From the NCBI GenBank assembly GCA_963665115.1, contig OY762007.1, positions 2,112,001-2,176,000 on the forward strand: a stretch of 64,000 bases of DNA, read 5' to 3'. The notes below the pieces were generated by a model. The model was given only the letters and a program-made list of their open reading frames with translations, ran no database searches and was not told where the DNA came from. Made by a program: the position numbers and the translations under genes. Shown here in pieces: positions 1-10,637 of this stretch (position 1 is its first letter; every line of letters starts with the position of its first letter). Source of the stretch: an uncultured Rivularia sp. (GTDB lineage: Bacteria > Cyanobacteriota > Cyanobacteriia > Cyanobacteriales > Nostocaceae).

Positions 1-403
1 GATAAAGTACGATTACCGGAACAGCTGCGACGCATAACCAAAAGGAAAGCGGATTAAGATAAAAAGCGAGAATTGCAGCGCAAACCATCGATACTATCGC
101 TACAACTATCCCAACTTTTAAAGATAATGCCCGAGAAGCTAAAGGACGATTTTTAGTTCTTTCAACTTCTGGATCTATATCTCTATCCCATAAATCATTG
201 ACAACACACCCAGCAGCACTTGTAGCGAGAGTACCTAAAATAATTACTCCTACTAATGGTAAAGGGGGTTTACCTTGCGCTGCTAAAAATACAGCCCATA
301 AGCCGGGAATCATTAAAATTAATCTTCCTTCTGGTTTATTCCACCGTAGAAGTTGGATTATTTTGCTAAAAGTAGATTCAATTTTTTCTGGCTGAGTAAC
401 CAT
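1..403 (-). CDS. ubiA: 4-hydroxybenzoate solanesyltransferase (UbiA family), 3' end outside window
   Basis: Manual translation from ATG at 403: MVTQPEKIESTFSKIIQLLRWNKPEGRLILMIP...AGCVVNDLWDRDIDPEVERTKNRPLASR; contains the UbiA NDxxDxxxD and RPL motifs. Absent from the ORF track because it runs off the edge. Confidence 0.9.
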   Translation of the reverse strand, partial: MVTQPEKIESTFSKIIQLLRWNKPEGRLILMIPGLWAVFLAAQGKPPLPLVGVIILGTLATSAAGCVVNDLWDRDIDPEVERTKNRPLASRALSLKVGIVVAIVSMVCAAILAFYLNPLSFWLCVAAVPVIVLY

Positions 404-672
404 AGCAATAGAAAAATTACTAATATGACAAGTTACATTTCTTAACAAGTATAGAATAACTTTATTTGATATTTATAAAACAATTACAAAAGCAAATTAA
501 ACCTAAACTATATCTGGATGCTTTACGTTGACACCGCATAAAACATCATAATTTTTAACTTCTAAATAGATTGTTCGGATAGATTTATTTATTTGATACA
601 GCTAAATTCGATCGTTGTACCGATATAAATCTGAAAAGCCTTCCCGTTACTACGTTTTATAGAAAAAACCAA

Positions 673-2298
673 ATGGTTAATTCAGTGATGACAACAACAG
701 AAGATGTTTTTACTCAAAACGTTAAGTCTGAGCGCATAATTGCTGCTATAGACTTAGGTACCAACTCCGTACATATGGTTATTGTACGACTTGAACCTCA
801 ACTACCATCTTTTAGCATTATTGGTAAAGAAAAAGAAACCGTTAGACTTGGCGATAGAGATATTGAGACGGGAAATCTCAAGCTCAAAATAATGGAAAAA
901 ACGATAACTGCTTTAAAACGTTTTCAAGAGATTGCCAAAAACCTAAATGCTGAAGCAGTTATCGCAGTAGCAACAAGTGCTATTAGGGAAGCGCCCAACG
1001 GTAGAGATTTTTTACGCCGCATTAAAGAAGAGTTAAATTTGCACGTAGATTTAATTTCTGGGCAAGAAGAAGCGCGACGAATTTATTTAGGCGTGCTTTC
1101 GGGAATGGAATTTAACAACGAGCCGCATACTATTATTGATATTGGCGGTGGTTCCACGGAATTAATTTTAGGTGATTCTCACGAGGAACGCTGTCTTAAT
1201 AGTACTAAAGTTGGTGCAGTAAGATTAACCAGCGAATTAATTACCACCGATCCAATTAGCGACCAAGAATTTAACTATCTTAAAGCCTACGCACGAGGAA
1301 TGATGGAACGTGCTGTAGAAGAGGTTTTGTCAAACATTCACTTTGGCGAAAAAACCCGTTTGGTAGGAACTTCCGGCACAATTGAAACTTTAGCTAACAT
1401 TCATGCAAAAGACGCATCAGATTCTATTCCTTCAACATTAAACGGTTACAGCTTTACTTTGAAAGACTTGCGGGAAATGGTATCGCGCTTGCGAAAAATG
1501 ACCAATTCCGAACGAGCAGAAATACCTGCCATGCCAGAGAAAAGGTCAGAAGTTATACTTGCAGGCGCGGTAATTTTACAAGAAGCAATGACACTTTTGG
1601 GTGTAGAATCGATAACCACCTGCGAGCGCTCTTTACGAGAAGGAGTAATTGTAGATTGGATGTTAGCCCACGATTTAATAGAGAATCGTTTGCGCTTTCA
1701 AAGTACGATTAGACAGCGAAGCGTGTTTAAAATAGCCAAGAAATATAAGGTTGATCTAAAATATAGCGAACGAATAGCAACACTTGCTCTATCATTATTC
1801 GATCAAACCAAAAATCGTTTACACCAATGGGGCAATCAAGAAAGATTTTTGTTATGGGCTGCTTCAGAATTACATAACTGCGGACACTATATAAGTCATT
1901 CTTCCCATCACAAACACTCATATTATTTAATTCGTAACAGCGGATTGTTGGGTTATAACGAAACTGAAATAGACATTATTGCTAACTTAGCCAGATATCA
2001 TCGCAAATCTCCGCCCAAGAAAAAACACGAAAACTTCCAAAGTATAGCGACAAAAGAGCAAAGGTTAGTAGTAGAGGAGTTAAGTCCATTTTTGAGATTA
2101 GCAACATCTTTAGATAGAAGACAAATTGGAGCAGTATCAAGAATTGAGTGCGATTATCGTAAAGATGATAAAGAATTACATTTAAAAGTTTTTCCAGCGA
2201 ATGTAGATGATGATTGTGCTGTTGAGCTTTGGAGTTTGAGTTATAGCAAATTAATATTTGAGGAGCAATTTGGAGTTAAATTGATAGCTAGTTTGTAG
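673..2298 (+). CDS. ppx: Ppx/GppA exopolyphosphatase
   Basis: AAIDLGTNS, VATSAIREA, ISGQEEAR, DIGGGSTE motifs and HD-like C-terminus (HHKHSYYLI). Confidence 0.93.
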   Translation: MVNSVMTTTEDVFTQNVKSERIIAAIDLGTNSVHMVIVRLEPQLPSFSIIGKEKETVRLGDRDIETGNLKLKIMEKTITALKRFQEIAKNLNAEAVIAVATSAIREAPNGRDFLRRIKEELNLHVDLISGQEEARRIYLGVLSGMEFNNEPHTIIDIGGGSTELILGDSHEERCLNSTKVGAVRLTSELITTDPISDQEFNYLKAYARGMMERAVEEVLSNIHFGEKTRLVGTSGTIETLANIHAKDASDSIPSTLNGYSFTLKDLREMVSRLRKMTNSERAEIPAMPEKRSEVILAGAVILQEAMTLLGVESITTCERSLREGVIVDWMLAHDLIENRLRFQSTIRQRSVFKIAKKYKVDLKYSERIATLALSLFDQTKNRLHQWGNQERFLLWAASELHNCGHYISHSSHHKHSYYLIRNSGLLGYNETEIDIIANLARYHRKSPPKKKHENFQSIATKEQRLVVEELSPFLRLATSLDRRQIGAVSRIECDYRKDDKELHLKVFPANVDDDCAVELWSLSYSKLIFEEQFGVKLIASL

Positions 2299-2343
2299 AG
2301 AGATTGGCTATAGTTGTTTTCGGTTGAATGCAATACTAATTTT

Positions 2344-2663
2344 GGACAGGCAGGGATGCCCATTCTACAAGAATGTATTGTAGGATGTGTTACGGCTTTG
2401 AAATATTTTTGTTTAAGCTCGAAAATTGATATAGCCGTAACGCACCATTGGATGTTTGAGGAAAATTAGACGGAGTTTGTAATGCTCTTTTTATAAATGT
2501 CAGAAATTGATTTCTCTGCGTTCCCGGGGTCGCGTGCGGGCTAGAAAGCCTCCGGCTTACAAGGTGGTTGTAAAGGCTTAACTACAATGGTGCAAGATAT
2601 CCATTTTAATGGGCTGAAATATTTATTTCTACGTAGGTTGGGTTGAGGAACGAAGCCCAACAT
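2344..2663. repeat. Cluster of REP-like palindromes and a MITE-end fragment
   Basis: GGACAGGCAGGGATGCCCATTCTACAAG (near-identical inverted copy at 4440-4467); GTAGGATGTGTTACGGCT...AGCCGTAACGCACC; TGGTGCAAGATAT (related inverted copy near 19997); GTAGGTTGGGTTGAGGAACGAAGCCCAAC. Confidence 0.75.
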
Positions 2664-2747
2664 TTATATTTAAGTAGCTAATGATAAAATTCAGTATAAT
2701 AAGATGTTTTAAGTCCTAATATCAATTCTGTCCAAAGGATTAAAAAA

Positions 2748-3026
2748 ATGACCAAAACCGAAATTGCACGATACTTAGGAAAAGTTGGCGAAGAATACGA
2801 AAAAATCCTCAAATGCCGTCTATATTCAGATTTAGAAGTAATTTATGAATGGTGGGTTCCTAACACCGAAATGTACCATCACGAAAAAATGAAATTTGAA
2901 GATATCGCAATTGAGATACAGGTAGAACTTGCAAAAAACGCCATCGAAAACCCAGATTTTGCACAACTACCTTCGGATATAAAAGAATTGTTAAATCAAA
3001 AAAGCAAACTAACTAATAACTCATAA
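2748..3026 (+). CDS. Hypothetical protein (92 aa)
   Basis: ORF with AAGGA RBS upstream and protein-like composition; no motif recognised. Confidence 0.65.
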   Translation: MTKTEIARYLGKVGEEYEKILKCRLYSDLEVIYEWWVPNTEMYHHEKMKFEDIAIEIQVELAKNAIENPDFAQLPSDIKELLNQKSKLTNNS

Positions 3027-3043
3027 TAATTACCAATTACCCA

Positions 3044-3709
3044 TTACCTATTATTCTGTTGCGCTAATACAGATTCGTTCAATCGCAACAGTTGTTTATC
3101 TTCGATTCCCACGGTTTCTAAACCCTTAACCGTTTGCATTAAATATTCGGCACTCGAACCGAGTTCGCCTTTTGCCGTAGCAATAGTATTAACTGTGGTT
3201 TCAAAAGTAATTTTACCAGCATAATCTGGATGATGGCGGTTGATTATAAAGGCGATCGCCATTACTTCGTCTGTACCATCAACTACCTTCACCCATCGGG
3301 GAATATACGAACCAATTACCATTTCTCGCCGCCACAATAGCAATAATTCTGAGTTTACATCGGCGGCAGCAATACGATAAACAACACCGCGACAGCTACC
3401 CCCAGAATCCAAACCCAGCACCAAACCGGGATGCTCTGGAGTTCCCCTACCAATTAGCGCCCGCAAGCAAAAGCGGCGATGCCAACCATAAATAGTTCCT
3501 ACACGACGCTCAGTAAATTTAAACGCAGGATTCCAAATTAAGGAACCATAAGCAAACAGCCAAACATCCGTATGTGGTTTGTGCGAATTTAAAGTAACGC
3601 GAATAGATTCTTTTAACTGACTTTCGCTTAATAGTTGCATTCCCAAGCCCGATTGCGAAATCATTTGATGCAAGCGGCTAGATTCCAAGTCAGCGCGGGT
3701 TAGTGACAT
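3044..3709 (-). CDS. chaC: ChaC-family gamma-glutamylcyclotransferase
   Basis: VWLFAYGSLIWNP, RGTPEHPGLVLGL, LWRREM, G.S.EYL motifs. Confidence 0.9.
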   Translation of the reverse strand: MSLTRADLESSRLHQMISQSGLGMQLLSESQLKESIRVTLNSHKPHTDVWLFAYGSLIWNPAFKFTERRVGTIYGWHRRFCLRALIGRGTPEHPGLVLGLDSGGSCRGVVYRIAAADVNSELLLLWRREMVIGSYIPRWVKVVDGTDEVMAIAFIINRHHPDYAGKITFETTVNTIATAKGELGSSAEYLMQTVKGLETVGIEDKQLLRLNESVLAQQNNR

Positions 3710-3747
3710 ATTGAAGAAAGGGAATAGGGAATGGGGAATAGTAAAAT

Positions 3748-3817
3748 GTAGGTTGGGTTAGGCGCACGAAACATTAAAGCCGATAAAAATAATTTGTAAT
3801 TGCGCCGTAACCCAACA
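3748..3817 (+). repeat. GTAG-headed REP-like hairpin
   Basis: GTAGGTTGGGTTAGGCGCA...TGCGCCGTAACCCAAC; same family as 2633, 4512 and 37257. Confidence 0.75.
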
Positions 3818-3888
3818 TTGAATATCATGCTATCTTTTAAAACTGAATTTTCGCTAAACCCTAAATTAAAAATCAATTAATAAATATA

Positions 3889-4398
3889 TTATTCTAACCA
3901 ATCGGGACCTTTAAAGAATTCCCCATCTGCCCAAAAGGTTTTACAGATTAAAGAACCTTGTCCAGGACCGTTAAAATTTTGCGCTGCTCTAAAATCAGTT
4001 CCAATCAAAATAGCATCGTCCATTTCCGAACCGTAAAAATCAGCACCTGTAAAATCAGTAGCGCTCAAGATAGCTTCATCAAGATTGGCATCTCTGAAGT
4101 TAGCTCCTCTGCAATCGGCACCACTTAAATCAGCACCTTGCAAATTAGCATAACTGAGATTTGCAGCATACAAATTAACGCAAAGCATTATAGCTCCACT
4201 CAAGTTGGCATGACTTAAGTTTGAACCACTCAAATCAACAGCGGTTAAATCAGCTTCACTTAAATCGATTTCTCGCAAATCTTCCCCATATAGCCCTGAT
4301 GAACTGATTGCAATTCCTGCAAAGTCTCTCTCTCCAGCAGCATATCTTTTTAAAAAGCTTCTAGAGTCAATATATTTTCTTTCATCTTCCATAATCAC
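3889..4398 (-). CDS. Pentapeptide repeat protein
   Basis: RYAAGERDF N-terminus followed by A(D/N)Lxx repeats. Confidence 0.92.
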   Translation of the reverse strand: MIMEDERKYIDSRSFLKRYAAGERDFAGIAISSSGLYGEDLREIDLSEADLTAVDLSGSNLSHANLSGAIMLCVNLYAANLSYANLQGADLSGADCRGANFRDANLDEAILSATDFTGADFYGSEMDDAILIGTDFRAAQNFNGPGQGSLICKTFWADGEFFKGPDWLE

Positions 4399-4439
4399 AT
4401 CCCTGTATCAAACAAAATATTTAATTGTAATTCTAAACT

Positions 4440-4586
4440 CTTGTGGGATGGGCATCCCTGCCCGTCCGATTCTACTCAACCAAAATCAATTTCTTAAACA
4501 ATCATGATTTGATGTTGGGTTTCCTCCGTCAACCCAACCTACAATTCTCTATCCCCAATGCCCCATGCCCCATGCCCAATCCCCAT
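4440..4586. repeat. Two REP-like palindromes plus STRR heptamers
   Basis: CTTGTGGGATGGGCATCCCTGCCCGTCC; ATGTTGGGTTTCCTCCGTCAACCCAACCTAC; (GCCCCAT/CCCCAAT)n. Confidence 0.75.
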
Positions 4587-4668
4587 TAAGTATTTTTTCC
4601 TTCACAAAACGCAATAATTAGTTAAGATAAATTTAACCTTAACCTGCGTAAATCAAATCCGTAATCCC

Positions 4669-5736
4669 ATGCAGTTAAATAAAAGTGCGTCAGTAGATTC
4701 TTCTTTTTTAAAGCCATTGTTATTAATTTCGCCTTTTTTCCTTTGGGGTACGGCGATGGTGGCGATGAAGGGAGTTATACCGCACACTACGCCTTTTTTC
4801 TTGGCTGGGATGCGATTATTACCTGCTGGAATATTGGTGTTGATTGCAGCTGCATTTATGGATAAACCTCAACCCAAAGGCTGGAAGGCTTGGCTGTGGA
4901 TTGCTTTGTTTGCATTAGTTGATGGAGCGCTGTTTCAAGGTTTTTTGGCGGCAGGTTTACAAAGAACTGGTGCGGGTTTGGGTTCGGTGATGATTGATTC
5001 ACAACCTTTAGCCGTAGCGCTGTTATGTTCCTGGCTGTTTGCGGAAAAAATCGGTTTATACGGATGGTTGGGGTTAGCGATGGGTGTTATGGGTATTAGT
5101 CTCATTGGTTTACCCGATGAATTAATTTTCAGTATTTTCTCTAATACCGCAGAATCCACCTTTACAATTTCTCAATCGTTTTTTCAAAGCGGTGAATTTT
5201 TGATGCTACTGGCTGCTTTAAGTATGGCGGTGGGAACTGTAATGATTCGGTTTGTAACTCGTCATGTTGATGCTGTTACCGCTACCGGATGGCATATGAT
5301 ATTGGGTGGCTTACCGTTGTGGGGAATTTCCGCAACTACAGAATCGCAACAATGGCAGAATTTAATTGCCTCAGATTGGGTAGCTTTGGGTTACGCGGCT
5401 ATATTTGGCAGTGCGATCGCCTATGGGATGTTTTTCTACTTCGCTTCCAGTGGAAATCTCACCAGTTTAAGTTCTTTAACTTTTTTAACTCCCATATTTG
5501 CTTTGATATTTGGCAATATCTTATTAAATGAAGTTTTGAGTGGTTTGCAATGGGTGGGAGTGACGATAACTATTATCAGCATTTATCTAATTAATCAACG
5601 CGATGTTTTAGGAAATCAGAATAATCTAGAAAATTCATCTGAGATTACTACGCAACTCACTTTAGAAAAATCCGATAATAAACTTACTCCTTTGAAAATA
5701 CCAGTTAAAGAATCAGAGCCAGAAATTTTACAGTAG
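4669..5736 (+). CDS. DMT/EamA family transporter
   Basis: About 10 hydrophobic helices in two EamA repeats (FLWGTAMVAMK; LTPIFALIFGNILLNE). Confidence 0.88.
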   Translation: MQLNKSASVDSSFLKPLLLISPFFLWGTAMVAMKGVIPHTTPFFLAGMRLLPAGILVLIAAAFMDKPQPKGWKAWLWIALFALVDGALFQGFLAAGLQRTGAGLGSVMIDSQPLAVALLCSWLFAEKIGLYGWLGLAMGVMGISLIGLPDELIFSIFSNTAESTFTISQSFFQSGEFLMLLAALSMAVGTVMIRFVTRHVDAVTATGWHMILGGLPLWGISATTESQQWQNLIASDWVALGYAAIFGSAIAYGMFFYFASSGNLTSLSSLTFLTPIFALIFGNILLNEVLSGLQWVGVTITIISIYLINQRDVLGNQNNLENSSEITTQLTLEKSDNKLTPLKIPVKESEPEILQ

Positions 5737-5935
5737 ATTAACATTGTAAATTTACTTTGCGACTCTGATGGTACGGGCATTCTAACCCCATTAACGTTAG
5801 ATACCCCTTTGGCATTAACCACCTCTTTTCCTATTGATTAAATTTTTTTGTCAGGAAAAAAGTTAACATTTAAGTAAATTAAAGTTATTGTTGTGTCGAT
5901 AACTTTTAAACTACTGTTTTGCTGAAATTTGCTGT

Positions 5936-7117
5936 ATGAGGCGATGCCATTATTCTATAGTTATATTTACTTATCTGAGTTGCTTTGGATTTAACATCAA
6001 TCCGGCAATTGCGCTTAGCTATGAGAAAACACCATCTTTGTTAAAAGTTGCTCAAGCTGATTCCTCAGATACAACTTCACGCAACCTGGCAATAGGTAGT
6101 GTGGGAGAAGATATAAAAGTACTTCAAGCTCAATTGAAAAAATTGGGGTATTACGATGGCATCCCCGACGGACAATTTGGTGAAAGTACGCGCAATGCTG
6201 TGATTGAATTTCAGCAAAAAAACAACGTGCCTGCCGATGGTATTGCAGGTAGTCAAACCAAAGAACTCATAAAAACAAAAACTTTAGAAAAAAGTAGTTC
6301 GACTTCCATACCTACCTTAGAACCTGTATCCGTAGATGCTCCAGACGAAGAAAAATCTTCATCAAGCGATTTAATTAAACTCGGTTTTATCGCCGTAGGA
6401 ATATTAGCTGGTGTGGGTACTTTGTTTTATGCAGTTCAATGGTTTAGGTATTCCAAACGAGCAAAAAATGCTGGTGCTTATATAGACGATGATGATACTG
6501 AACTAGTTCAACCACCCCAAGATCAATTTACAAACACCAACCAAGAACAAAAATATTTGCCAGCTAACGATGTTGAAGATGTTCCATCTACAATTACACC
6601 ATCTCCACAAACTTCACAAATAATTCCTACAGAAAAAACTTCGCGTTTAGCGAAGGTTAACGTAGTAGATGAACTAATACAAGACTTAGACAGTTCCAAC
6701 CCCACGCAACGACGTAAAGCGATTTGGGAATTAGGGCAAAAAGGAGATTCGCGAGCGATTCAGCCATTGGTAGAACAGATGGTTGATGCTGACTCGCAAC
6801 AACGTAGTTTAATTTTGGCTGCTTTATCGGAAATTGGTACTCGTACCCTCAAACCAATGAATCGCGCTTTAGCAGTATCATTGCAAGACAAAAGTCCTGA
6901 TGTACGGAAAAACGCCATCCGCGACTTAACTCGCGTATACGACGTAATGGCGCAAGTTAGTCAAATGCTATCAATGGCAGCCGATGATGAAGATCCAGAA
7001 GTACAAGAAACTGCCAGGTATGCAATCTCGCAAATGAATCGCATACGTATTTTACCATCTGAAAAACCAGACACAAAAATTCAATATCCAGAACACTGGG
7101 AAGATGAGAGCAGCTAA
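5936..7117 (+). CDS. Peptidoglycan-binding domain + TM + HEAT-repeat protein
   Basis: Signal peptide, PG_binding_1 pattern (GEDIKVLQAQLKKLGYY...DGQFGESTRNAVIEFQ...DGIAG), one TM helix, C-terminal HEAT repeats. Confidence 0.85.
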   Translation: MRRCHYSIVIFTYLSCFGFNINPAIALSYEKTPSLLKVAQADSSDTTSRNLAIGSVGEDIKVLQAQLKKLGYYDGIPDGQFGESTRNAVIEFQQKNNVPADGIAGSQTKELIKTKTLEKSSSTSIPTLEPVSVDAPDEEKSSSSDLIKLGFIAVGILAGVGTLFYAVQWFRYSKRAKNAGAYIDDDDTELVQPPQDQFTNTNQEQKYLPANDVEDVPSTITPSPQTSQIIPTEKTSRLAKVNVVDELIQDLDSSNPTQRRKAIWELGQKGDSRAIQPLVEQMVDADSQQRSLILAALSEIGTRTLKPMNRALAVSLQDKSPDVRKNAIRDLTRVYDVMAQVSQMLSMAADDEDPEVQETARYAISQMNRIRILPSEKPDTKIQYPEHWEDESS

Positions 7118-7118
7118 T

Positions 7119-7282
7119 GTAGAGACGTAGCATTGCTACGTCTTTGAAAAGTCATGGTTGGATAAACTTTGTTCGTTGCTAAGTCTTTGAAATCTTTGTT
7201 ACAGCAGTACCACCTTAATAATTTGACTAAACACTCGTTGCCATGTACGCCATAGGGAGACGTAGCACTGCTACGTCTCTAC
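7119..7282. repeat. Inverted REP doublet (REPIN-like)
   Basis: GTAGAGACGTAGCATTGCTACGTCT at 7119 and inverted GAGACGTAGCACTGCTACGTCTCTAC ending 7282. Confidence 0.85.
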
Positions 7283-7364
7283 ACAATTTATATGTGTCGT
7301 TTTAATATTCTGGTTTTAGGCAACATGGGGATTTAATATTTAGTTTGTAATCAAGCCTTGAAAA

Positions 7365-8439
7365 TTGCAGATGAAATTACTCTTCGTTTCTACACCTGTA
7401 GGATCTCTTGGTTCTGGATTGGGTGGTGGTGTGGAATTAAGTTTGTATAATATTGCCAAAGAAATTATTCGACGGGGACACGATTTACAAATTGTTGCTC
7501 CTGCTGGTTCGACATGGGATGACTTACCCACAATGCAGATTTCAGGGAATTTACAAATTATTGCCCAAAGTTTAGAGCGCGAAACACCCATCGCAATGCC
7601 ACAAAATCCCGTTTTAGCAAATATGTGGGATTATGTTCGTCAAGTCGAGAGCGAATATGACTTGGTTCTTAACTTTGCTTACGATTGGTTGCCTTTTTAC
7701 TTGACACCTTTTCTTAAAATCCCAGTAGCTCATTTTGTTAGTATGGGTTCTCTTTCCGATGCTCTCGATCGGATTATTGTAGAAACATCAAAAAAATTTC
7801 CCGGCACGATTGGTTTTTATACTCCTGCACAGGCTGCCACTTTTCCCGCATTAACTTCTCCTATATATTATTTGAGCAGCGGAATCGATTTATCTTTGTA
7901 TCAATTTTGTCGCAAACCGAAACAGCAATTTGCTTGGTTAGGTCGTATTTCTCCAGAAAAAGGTTTAGAAGATGCGTTTGCTGTAGCAAACAGTACTAAC
8001 ATTCCCCTCAAAGTTATGGGTAAAATTCAAGATGAATCTTACTGGCAGAAAATCCAGCAAGATTACCCAAATGCACCTTTTAAGTATCTAGGGTTTTTAT
8101 CTACTAAAGAAATGCAGCAAGTTGTCCGCGAGTGTAAGGCATTAATTATGACACCTCGCTGGGTGGAAGCATTTGGGAATGTAGCAATTGAAGCGTTAGC
8201 TTGTGGAGTTCCAGTAATTTCCTATAGTCGGGGAGGCCCCCGCATCTATTATTAAAGACGGCGAAACTGGTTTTTTAGTAGAGCCAGATAGCGTTACTGG
8301 ATTAATCGAAGCAACAAAACGTTTAGATGAAATAAACCGTCAAGCTTGCCGAGATACCGCACAAAAAGTATTCTCTTTAGAAGTATTAGGCGAGCGTTTT
8401 GAAAAATGGTTTATGGACATTTTGAATTTTCAGCTTTAA
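7365..8439 (+). CDS. GT4 glycosyltransferase, frameshifted at C-run 8237-8241
   Basis: GRISPEKG and EAFGNVAIEALACGVPV motifs; removing one C restores RGGPASIIKDGETGFLVEPD...NFQL* ending at 8439. Confidence 0.88.
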
Positions 8440-8629
8440 AATTCGGAGAAATTTAGAAGTTTTTAGAATTGTTAATTATTTTTTTCAAGCCATTTTACGG
8501 ATAAACACTTACCAACTATGAACTAGGAAAAACAACTTGTAAACGAGTATCTATTTTTGATTTGAAATTAAAGAACTTATAAAATCTTCGCTTTCAAGTC
8601 AGAGAGAATGCAAAATCTAAAATCTCTAA

Positions 8630-8770
8630 GAGGATGTTTTTAAAGCGGTTGAAACCACCGCTACACAAGCAAAACCCGCCTGCGCGGGTTTACAAATCGC
8701 TTAGTCCACGCAGGTGGACTTTGCCTGTGTAGTAGCGGTTTTAACCGCCGGATACTTCTAAAACATCCTC
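8630..8770. mobile_element. MITE with GAGGATGTTTT terminal inverted repeats and TAA target duplication
   Basis: TAA|GAGGATGTTTT...AAAACATCCTC|TAA; the internal hairpin cassette recurs at 29595-29707. Confidence 0.8.
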
Positions 8771-8806
8771 TAAGCTTTTTTATAAGAAGACAAAATCCAA
8801 AATCGA

Positions 8807-9790
8807 ATGACACCTTCCCCATCCATCTCTATTAGAAATAACCAGCAGTCAATGCAAGTCAAAACTCAACACATCAACAATTTACTGATACCGCAACCTT
8901 TACAACCTGGAGACTTATTAAGAGTAATCGCTCCTAGCGGTGCCTTACGAGAAATGGAAGCATTGCAACGTGGTGTAGAAATTTGGCGATCGCGCGGTTA
9001 TCGAGTTGAAGTAATTCCGGAAATAGAGGATAGATGGGGATATTTAGCTGGTAATGACGAAAATCGCCGCAATCATCTAGCCTCAGCATGGAAAGATCCA
9101 GAATGTCGCGGTATTCTTTGCGCTAGAGGTGGTTTTGGCACTACAAGGATTTTGGAAGAATGGACGTGGATGTTACAAAATCAAGAAACACCAAATGCTC
9201 CCGCTCCAAAATGGCTAATTGGCTTCTCCGATATCACAGCTTTATTGTGGAGTCTTTACAAAGCTGGGATTTGTGGCATTCATGCACCCGTAATGACCAC
9301 TTTAGCTGAAGAACCAACATGGTCAATACAAAGATTATTTAATTTAGTAGAAGGTAAAGCTCTCGAACCTTTAAAAGGCAAAGCATGGGGAGGTGGTATT
9401 GTTAGCGGTAAATTACTACCAGCAAACCTTACCGTCGCGACTCATCTTTTGGGTACCCCAATGCAGCCAGAATTGGATGGTGTAATTTTGGCAATAGAAG
9501 ACGTAGGAGAGGCTCCCTACCGGATTGATAGAATGCTAACTCAATGGCGAATGAGCGGAGCTTTATCAAAAATAGCCGGAGTTGCTATAGGTAGCTTTAC
9601 CAAATGCGAAGTACCAGAAAATATTCCCAGTTTTAGTGTTGCGGAAGTCTTGCGCGATCGACTTGGGGATTTAGGTATTCCCGTAGTTTCAGACTTACCC
9701 TTTGGACATCAAGCACCGAATGCTGCTTTACCCGTAGGTGTAATGGCAACTTTGGATGCTTCGGAAGGAGTTCTTACAGTTAACAGTTAG
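8807..9790 (+). CDS. ldcA: LD-carboxypeptidase (peptidase S66)
   Basis: CARGGFG, LIGFSDIT (Ser), IEDVGE (Glu), LPFGH (His); true start may be a downstream Met. Confidence 0.9.
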   Translation: MTPSPSISIRNNQQSMQVKTQHINNLLIPQPLQPGDLLRVIAPSGALREMEALQRGVEIWRSRGYRVEVIPEIEDRWGYLAGNDENRRNHLASAWKDPECRGILCARGGFGTTRILEEWTWMLQNQETPNAPAPKWLIGFSDITALLWSLYKAGICGIHAPVMTTLAEEPTWSIQRLFNLVEGKALEPLKGKAWGGGIVSGKLLPANLTVATHLLGTPMQPELDGVILAIEDVGEAPYRIDRMLTQWRMSGALSKIAGVAIGSFTKCEVPENIPSFSVAEVLRDRLGDLGIPVVSDLPFGHQAPNAALPVGVMATLDASEGVLTVNS

Positions 9791-9808
9791 CAGTAAAAAG
9801 GTTCGTTC

Positions 9809-9862
9809 GTAGTAGCGCTTCAGCGCCTCCATCTCGGAATAGAGGCGCTGAAGCGCTACTAC
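9809..9862. repeat. REP doublet palindrome between convergent genes
   Basis: GTAGTAGCGCTTCAGCGCCTC...GAGGCGCTGAAGCGCTACTAC with perfect 21-bp arms. Confidence 0.85.
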
Positions 9863-9905
9863 AAACAGTTTTTATGACTATATTACTTCCAAGATTGATA
9901 ATTGT

Positions 9906-10637
9906 TCATTGATAATTATTCTTCCGCAAGCGACAAAAAGCAATCGCTGGAATAACTGCCAAAATAAATGCTGTTAATCCTTGAGTTAGTAAAAATAAAG
10001 TAATATCACGATGTATTGCTGGAATTAGACTTTGTACAAAGGAAATTAACAATATTGAAATACTAATAAAAAAATACGAAATCGAAGGTACAAAAATCCA
10101 CCACCATCCACCTTTTACCTGTGTTCGTAATACTAACCATTGCAATAAACCCAGCCACAAACCAGAAAAAATATAAGCAGCAGTTGGTAATATTCTAAAA
10201 AAGATCGCTGCTTGTGGTGATATTTGATTTGTTGAAGCAGCCATAGAAGAAATGTAGGCAATCCAAGCCGTAGAAACGGTATTACCAACTAACCATCCGA
10301 TTGCGGTTGCAAACATCCATGACCAACCAAATATATATTTACTTAAAGGAATAGATTGATCTGCGGCGAAAATTAATGCGAATAAACTATTAGCTATTAA
10401 CTTTGCAACTCTGAACCACAATATTTCATTTTGAAAGAAATAAGCGGGTATATTCTCTCGGAGAATCTTTTCTAAAGCAACACTGGCAATTCCTCCGCCA
10501 ATCCATCCTAAAGCTGTCATAAAGGTAAATAACAAAAAGAATTCTTGTCGTTGGGAACGAGGTATGAGCAAGAAATTTTTCTGCTTGACGTTAGATTCAG
10601 AGGAATTTTGGGGAATATTTTTAAATAAAGACGGCAT
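9906..10637 (-). CDS. Hypothetical membrane protein
   Basis: About 6 TM helices with the WLGLLQWLVLR...WWWI pattern common in cyanobacterial membrane proteins. Confidence 0.8.
   Translation of the reverse strand: MPSLFKNIPQNSSESNVKQKNFLLIPRSQRQEFFLLFTFMTALGWIGGGIASVALEKILRENIPAYFFQNEILWFRVAKLIANSLFALIFAADQSIPLSKYIFGWSWMFATAIGWLVGNTVSTAWIAYISSMAASTNQISPQAAIFFRILPTAAYIFSGLWLGLLQWLVLRTQVKGGWWWIFVPSISYFFISISILLISFVQSLIPAIHRDITLFLLTQGLTAFILAVIPAIAFCRLRKNNYQ

Noticed and set aside
198..395. Plus-strand 65-aa ORF
   Set aside because: Antisense to the ubiA-family gene
2510..2600. GC-rich tract as a possible tRNA or ncRNA
   Set aside because: No cloverleaf or T-loop; it ends in TGGTGCAAGAT shared with the repeat near 19997, so it is probably a MITE remnant
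8237..8241. Programmed ribosomal frameshifting as the explanation for the split genes
   Set aside because: No slippery heptamer; the AGAAACC context occurs on either strand, which points to a DNA- or read-level cause
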